DNA of 64,000 nt from Nitrospirota bacterium. GTDB taxonomy: Bacteria; Nitrospirota; UBA9217. This document shows positions 61,192-64,000 of this stretch, in pieces; position 1 is the first letter of the stretch, and the number at the start of each line of letters is the position of its first letter. The stretch is taken from NCBI GenBank assembly GCA_963840455.1, contig CAWIYV010000010.1, forward strand, positions 224,001 through 288,000. The letters are read 5' to 3'. The notes under the pieces were generated by a model, which made no database searches, was not told where the DNA came from, and worked only from the letters and a program-made list of their open reading frames with translations. Both the position numbers and the translations under genes were made by a program.

Positions 61192-61540
61192 AGTGCTCTC
61201 CTTCTCAAAAAATGCGTCTCGCGCTGGTGAAAAGAACTTGTCCCGGGGAAAGTGCGGATACAGTTAAAGCATAGCGCGGCAGAAGGAAATTGGCAAGGGA
61301 GGGCGTTCCCCCGGATGATTCTAAAGTATGAATAACACAAAAGCGAAATTGAGCAAAGCTGCACCATTATGTAATTGTCGCTTAGTTAGAAGGTGCTTCT
61401 TGCTTGACGGCTTGAGGATACAAGTATTATTCCAAAAGTGGTTTCTTGACAGCCATGCTGGCCAGATAACAAAAGCCCGTACCGGACATCCGGCACGGGC
61501 CTTCTTGAATTATGAATCTTGAATATTGAATTGTGTTCAG

Positions 61541-61679
61541 TTAGAACACGCCCTTCACCTTGCCCGTTTCCACGTCAACATCCACGCGGCGGTAGGCCGG
61601 GTCGGACGAGGTCCCCGGCATGAGGGTGATCGTGCCGGCAACGGGTACCACGAAGCCCGCGCCCTTGTAGATCAGGATC
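61541..61679 (-). pseudogene. C-terminal remnant of a second formate--tetrahydrofolate ligase
   Basis: [45 protein letters not shown] parallels the C-terminus of the upstream Fhs. Confidence 0.8.
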
Positions 61680-61751
61680 GGCCTCCAGATTCTTGACCTT
61701 TGCCTCGGGCATGTGATCCATGCCGTCCGCGCCATGGGCCTCTTGAACTTC

Positions 61752-63515
61752 TTAAAACAACCCCGAGACCTTGCCGGTGTTCACATCCACGTCCACACGG
61801 CGATAGGCCGGGTCTGATGCCGTGCCAGGCATGAGACTGATCGTCCCCGCACAGGGGCAGAGGAACTTGGCGCCGGAGTAGATCAGGACATCTCTGATGG
61901 GCAGCGTCCAGCCCTTGGGCACTCCCTTGAGCGTCGGATCGTGGGTCAGGCTCAGGTGGGTCTTGACCATCATGGTGGCGAAGTCAGCGTACTTGGGATC
62001 GCTTTCCAGCATCTTGGCCTTGGCTTCCGCATCAGGCAGCCAGGAAACACCATCCGCACCGTAAACTTCCTTGGCGATTATCGCTACTCTATCGCGCAGC
62101 TTCATCTCAAGCGGATAGAGGAACTTGAAGTCGTTCTTCTCGTTGCAGGCATCGATGACCGCGTCAGCCAGTTCCAAAGCCCCGTCGCCGCCCTTGAGCC
62201 AGTGCTGGGACTCGGCGCAGCGCGCACCGGCTGCTTCGGCGGCCTTTTTGACCGCGGCAACTTCGGCATTGGTATCGGTATAAAAACGGTTGATGCAGAC
62301 CACCGGGTTTATGCCGGACTTGCGGATGACATTGATCATGTGAACCATGTTGGCGCAGCCCTTTTCAACGAGGCCCACATTCTCCTTGGTGTACTCTTCA
62401 GGAATCGGCTTTCCGGCCACGACTTTGGGTCCGCCGCCGTGCATCTTCAGCGCGCGGACGGTGGTGGTAAGCACGGAAACGTGCGGCTTCAACCCGCTGT
62501 TGCGGCACTTGACGTTCCAGAACTTTTCGAACCCGATGTCGGCCGCAAAACCGGACTCGGTCACATGGTAGTCGAACAGCTTCAGGCCGACACGGTCGGC
62601 GATAATGGACGACTGGCCCACGGCTATATTGGCAAAAGGCCCGGCATGCACGAGGCAGGGGTTGTATTCCGCTGTGCACATAAGCGTAGGATTGATGGTG
62701 TTGCGCATGAAAGCGGCCATGGCATTGCCGACCTCCAGATCACCGGTGGTGACCGGTTTGCCGCTTTTATCGAAGGCAACCGTGATATTGTTCAGGCGTT
62801 CTTTCAGGTCCGCGAGGTCCTTGGCAATGGACAGGATAGCCATGCACTCTGAACCGACGGCGATGCCGAACTTGGACTGCATCATGAATCCATCCGTTCT
62901 GCCGCCGATGCCGATGATGATATTGCGGAGGCTCTGGGCGCAGAAGTCTATGATCCACCCCATCTCCACGCGGGTGGGATCGATGTCGAGCCTTCTCATC
63001 CTGGTGAGCCTCTTGAGCTGCTCATCGTTGTAATTACGCTCATGCTGCATACGGGAGGTCATCGCAACCATGGCCAGGTTGTGGGCGTTCATGATATCGT
63101 TGATGTCGCCGGTAAGTCCCAGCGAGAACTCGGTCATGGGGATCAGCAAAGAGTTTCCGCCGCCCGCGGCCGTCCCCTTCACGTTCATGGTGGGGCCGCC
63201 TGAAGGCTGACGCAGTGCGCCGCCGACGTTCTTGCCCCGCTTGCCAAGGCCCTCCATCAGACCGCACGAGGTCGTGCTTTTGCCTTCGCCCAGGGGGGTC
63301 GGGGTGATGGCCGTCACCTCGATATACTTGCCGTCGGGCTTGTTCTTGAGACGGTTATGGACCTTCAGGAAGTCGATCTTGGACAGGCGGCCCATGGGCA
63401 GCATCTCGTCTTTCTGCAGACCCAGTTTTTCGCGCCAAGCCTCGGGTGTCGGCATGTTCTTTTCCGCTTCCTCGGAAATCTGCCAGTCAGCCAACTTCGT
63501 TGCATCAAATGACAT
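61752..63515 (-). CDS. fhs: formate--tetrahydrofolate ligase
   Basis: [40 protein letters not shown]. Confidence 0.97.
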   Translation of the reverse strand: MSFDATKLADWQISEEAEKNMPTPEAWREKLGLQKDEMLPMGRLSKIDFLKVHNRLKNKPDGKYIEVTAITPTPLGEGKSTTSCGLMEGLGKRGKNVGGALRQPSGGPTMNVKGTAAGGGNSLLIPMTEFSLGLTGDINDIMNAHNLAMVAMTSRMQHERNYNDEQLKRLTRMRRLDIDPTRVEMGWIIDFCAQSLRNIIIGIGGRTDGFMMQSKFGIAVGSECMAILSIAKDLADLKERLNNITVAFDKSGKPVTTGDLEVGNAMAAFMRNTINPTLMCTAEYNPCLVHAGPFANIAVGQSSIIADRVGLKLFDYHVTESGFAADIGFEKFWNVKCRNSGLKPHVSVLTTTVRALKMHGGGPKVVAGKPIPEEYTKENVGLVEKGCANMVHMINVIRKSGINPVVCINRFYTDTNAEVAAVKKAAEAAGARCAESQHWLKGGDGALELADAVIDACNEKNDFKFLYPLEMKLRDRVAIIAKEVYGADGVSWLPDAEAKAKMLESDPKYADFATMMVKTHLSLTHDPTLKGVPKGWTLPIRDVLIYSGAKFLCPCAGTISLMPGTASDPAYRRVDVDVNTGKVSGLF

Positions 63516-63644
63516 AGTAATCTCTCCTTTCCTGCTTTAAAATTTGCGAGCCCCTTGCGGCTCGATTTAAATGCTGTCTCTGAGACCCAATACTATGAAT
63601 CGGAGAATCGGCGATGCATGCGAAACAAATCTCTGTTTCTCCGA

Positions 63645-63821
63645 TTGAAGCTCCCTGCAGCAAGCTGCAGGGAATCTTCGATCCTCAGGGTAGTTTTTAT
63701 TCAAACCGCTCGCTAAGCGCTCGCTCCTGGATTTAAGCTCCCTCCTGCAAGAGGCATGGAGCTTCGATCCTCAGGGTAGTGTTTATTCTAATCGCTCGCT
63801 AAGCGCTCGCTCCTGGATTCA
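63645..63821 (+). repeat. two tandem family A elements, each lacking the second hairpin
   Basis: 63645-63736 and 63732-63821: ...TTCGATCCTCAGGGTAG...CGCTCGCTAAGCGCTCGCTCCTGGATT. Confidence 0.88.
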
Positions 63822-63843
63822 TAACTATTTTTCTGAAAAAAAA

Positions 63844-64000
63844 TTAATAGCTGATCAGGGCCTTCATAAGCTTTTCGTTCATGGCGTGTACGTTCCTGCT
63901 CGCCATCCTGGCCATGGTCCTCATGATCTTGTACATCATGACCGGATGGGACCGCTCGAGCTCCTTGAAGTCATCGGTGGTGATGCGGTACAGCTCCGTG
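63844..64000 (-). CDS. C-terminus of a probable cyclic nucleotide-binding (Crp-like) protein, partial
   Basis: TELYRITTDDFKELERSHPVMMYKIMRTMARMASRNV...ISY*; truncated by the window edge. Confidence 0.6.
   Translation of the reverse strand, partial: TELYRITTDDFKELERSHPVMMYKIMRTMARMASRNVHAMNEKLMKALISY

Noticed and set aside
63645-63821. Possible CRISPR array
   Set aside because: Only two units of the dispersed element, with no unique spacers and no cas genes.

Overview
64 kb of a GC-rich anaerobic bacterial chromosome. Gene content and style suggest Nitrospirota or a related deltaproteobacterium-like lineage (inference). Most of it is housekeeping: panC, moaAC, PPi-PFK, hrcA-grpE-dnaK-dnaJ and hsp20 with two CIRCE elements, argG-argH-lysA-dapF-dapA-dapB...dapL-folK, atpBE, gltX, pdxA, a PaoABC-like molybdoenzyme and fhs. 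The stand-out accessory locus (27.5-36.5 kb) is one apparent operon. It encodes a PhcB-like SAM methyltransferase, a dedicated type II FAS/PKS (KR, CLF-like KS, DH, KS, ACP), a phytoene-desaturase-like oxidoreductase and a PhcS-like membrane hybrid histidine kinase. This is a candidate fatty-acid-methyl-ester signalling system that builds its own acyl chain. Other items of note: a c-di-GMP-I riboswitch ON-switch ahead of a TPR/DUF1566/surface-protein operon, a receiver-LpxC fusion, a PCuAC + His-rich CxxCH beta-propeller + ABC transporter locus, an LptM-like FN3 lipoprotein, eight copies of a ~116-bp palindromic MITE/REP-like element, and many short-period intergenic repeats. Several clustered +1 indels suggest sequencing errors, so the frameshift calls are tentative.
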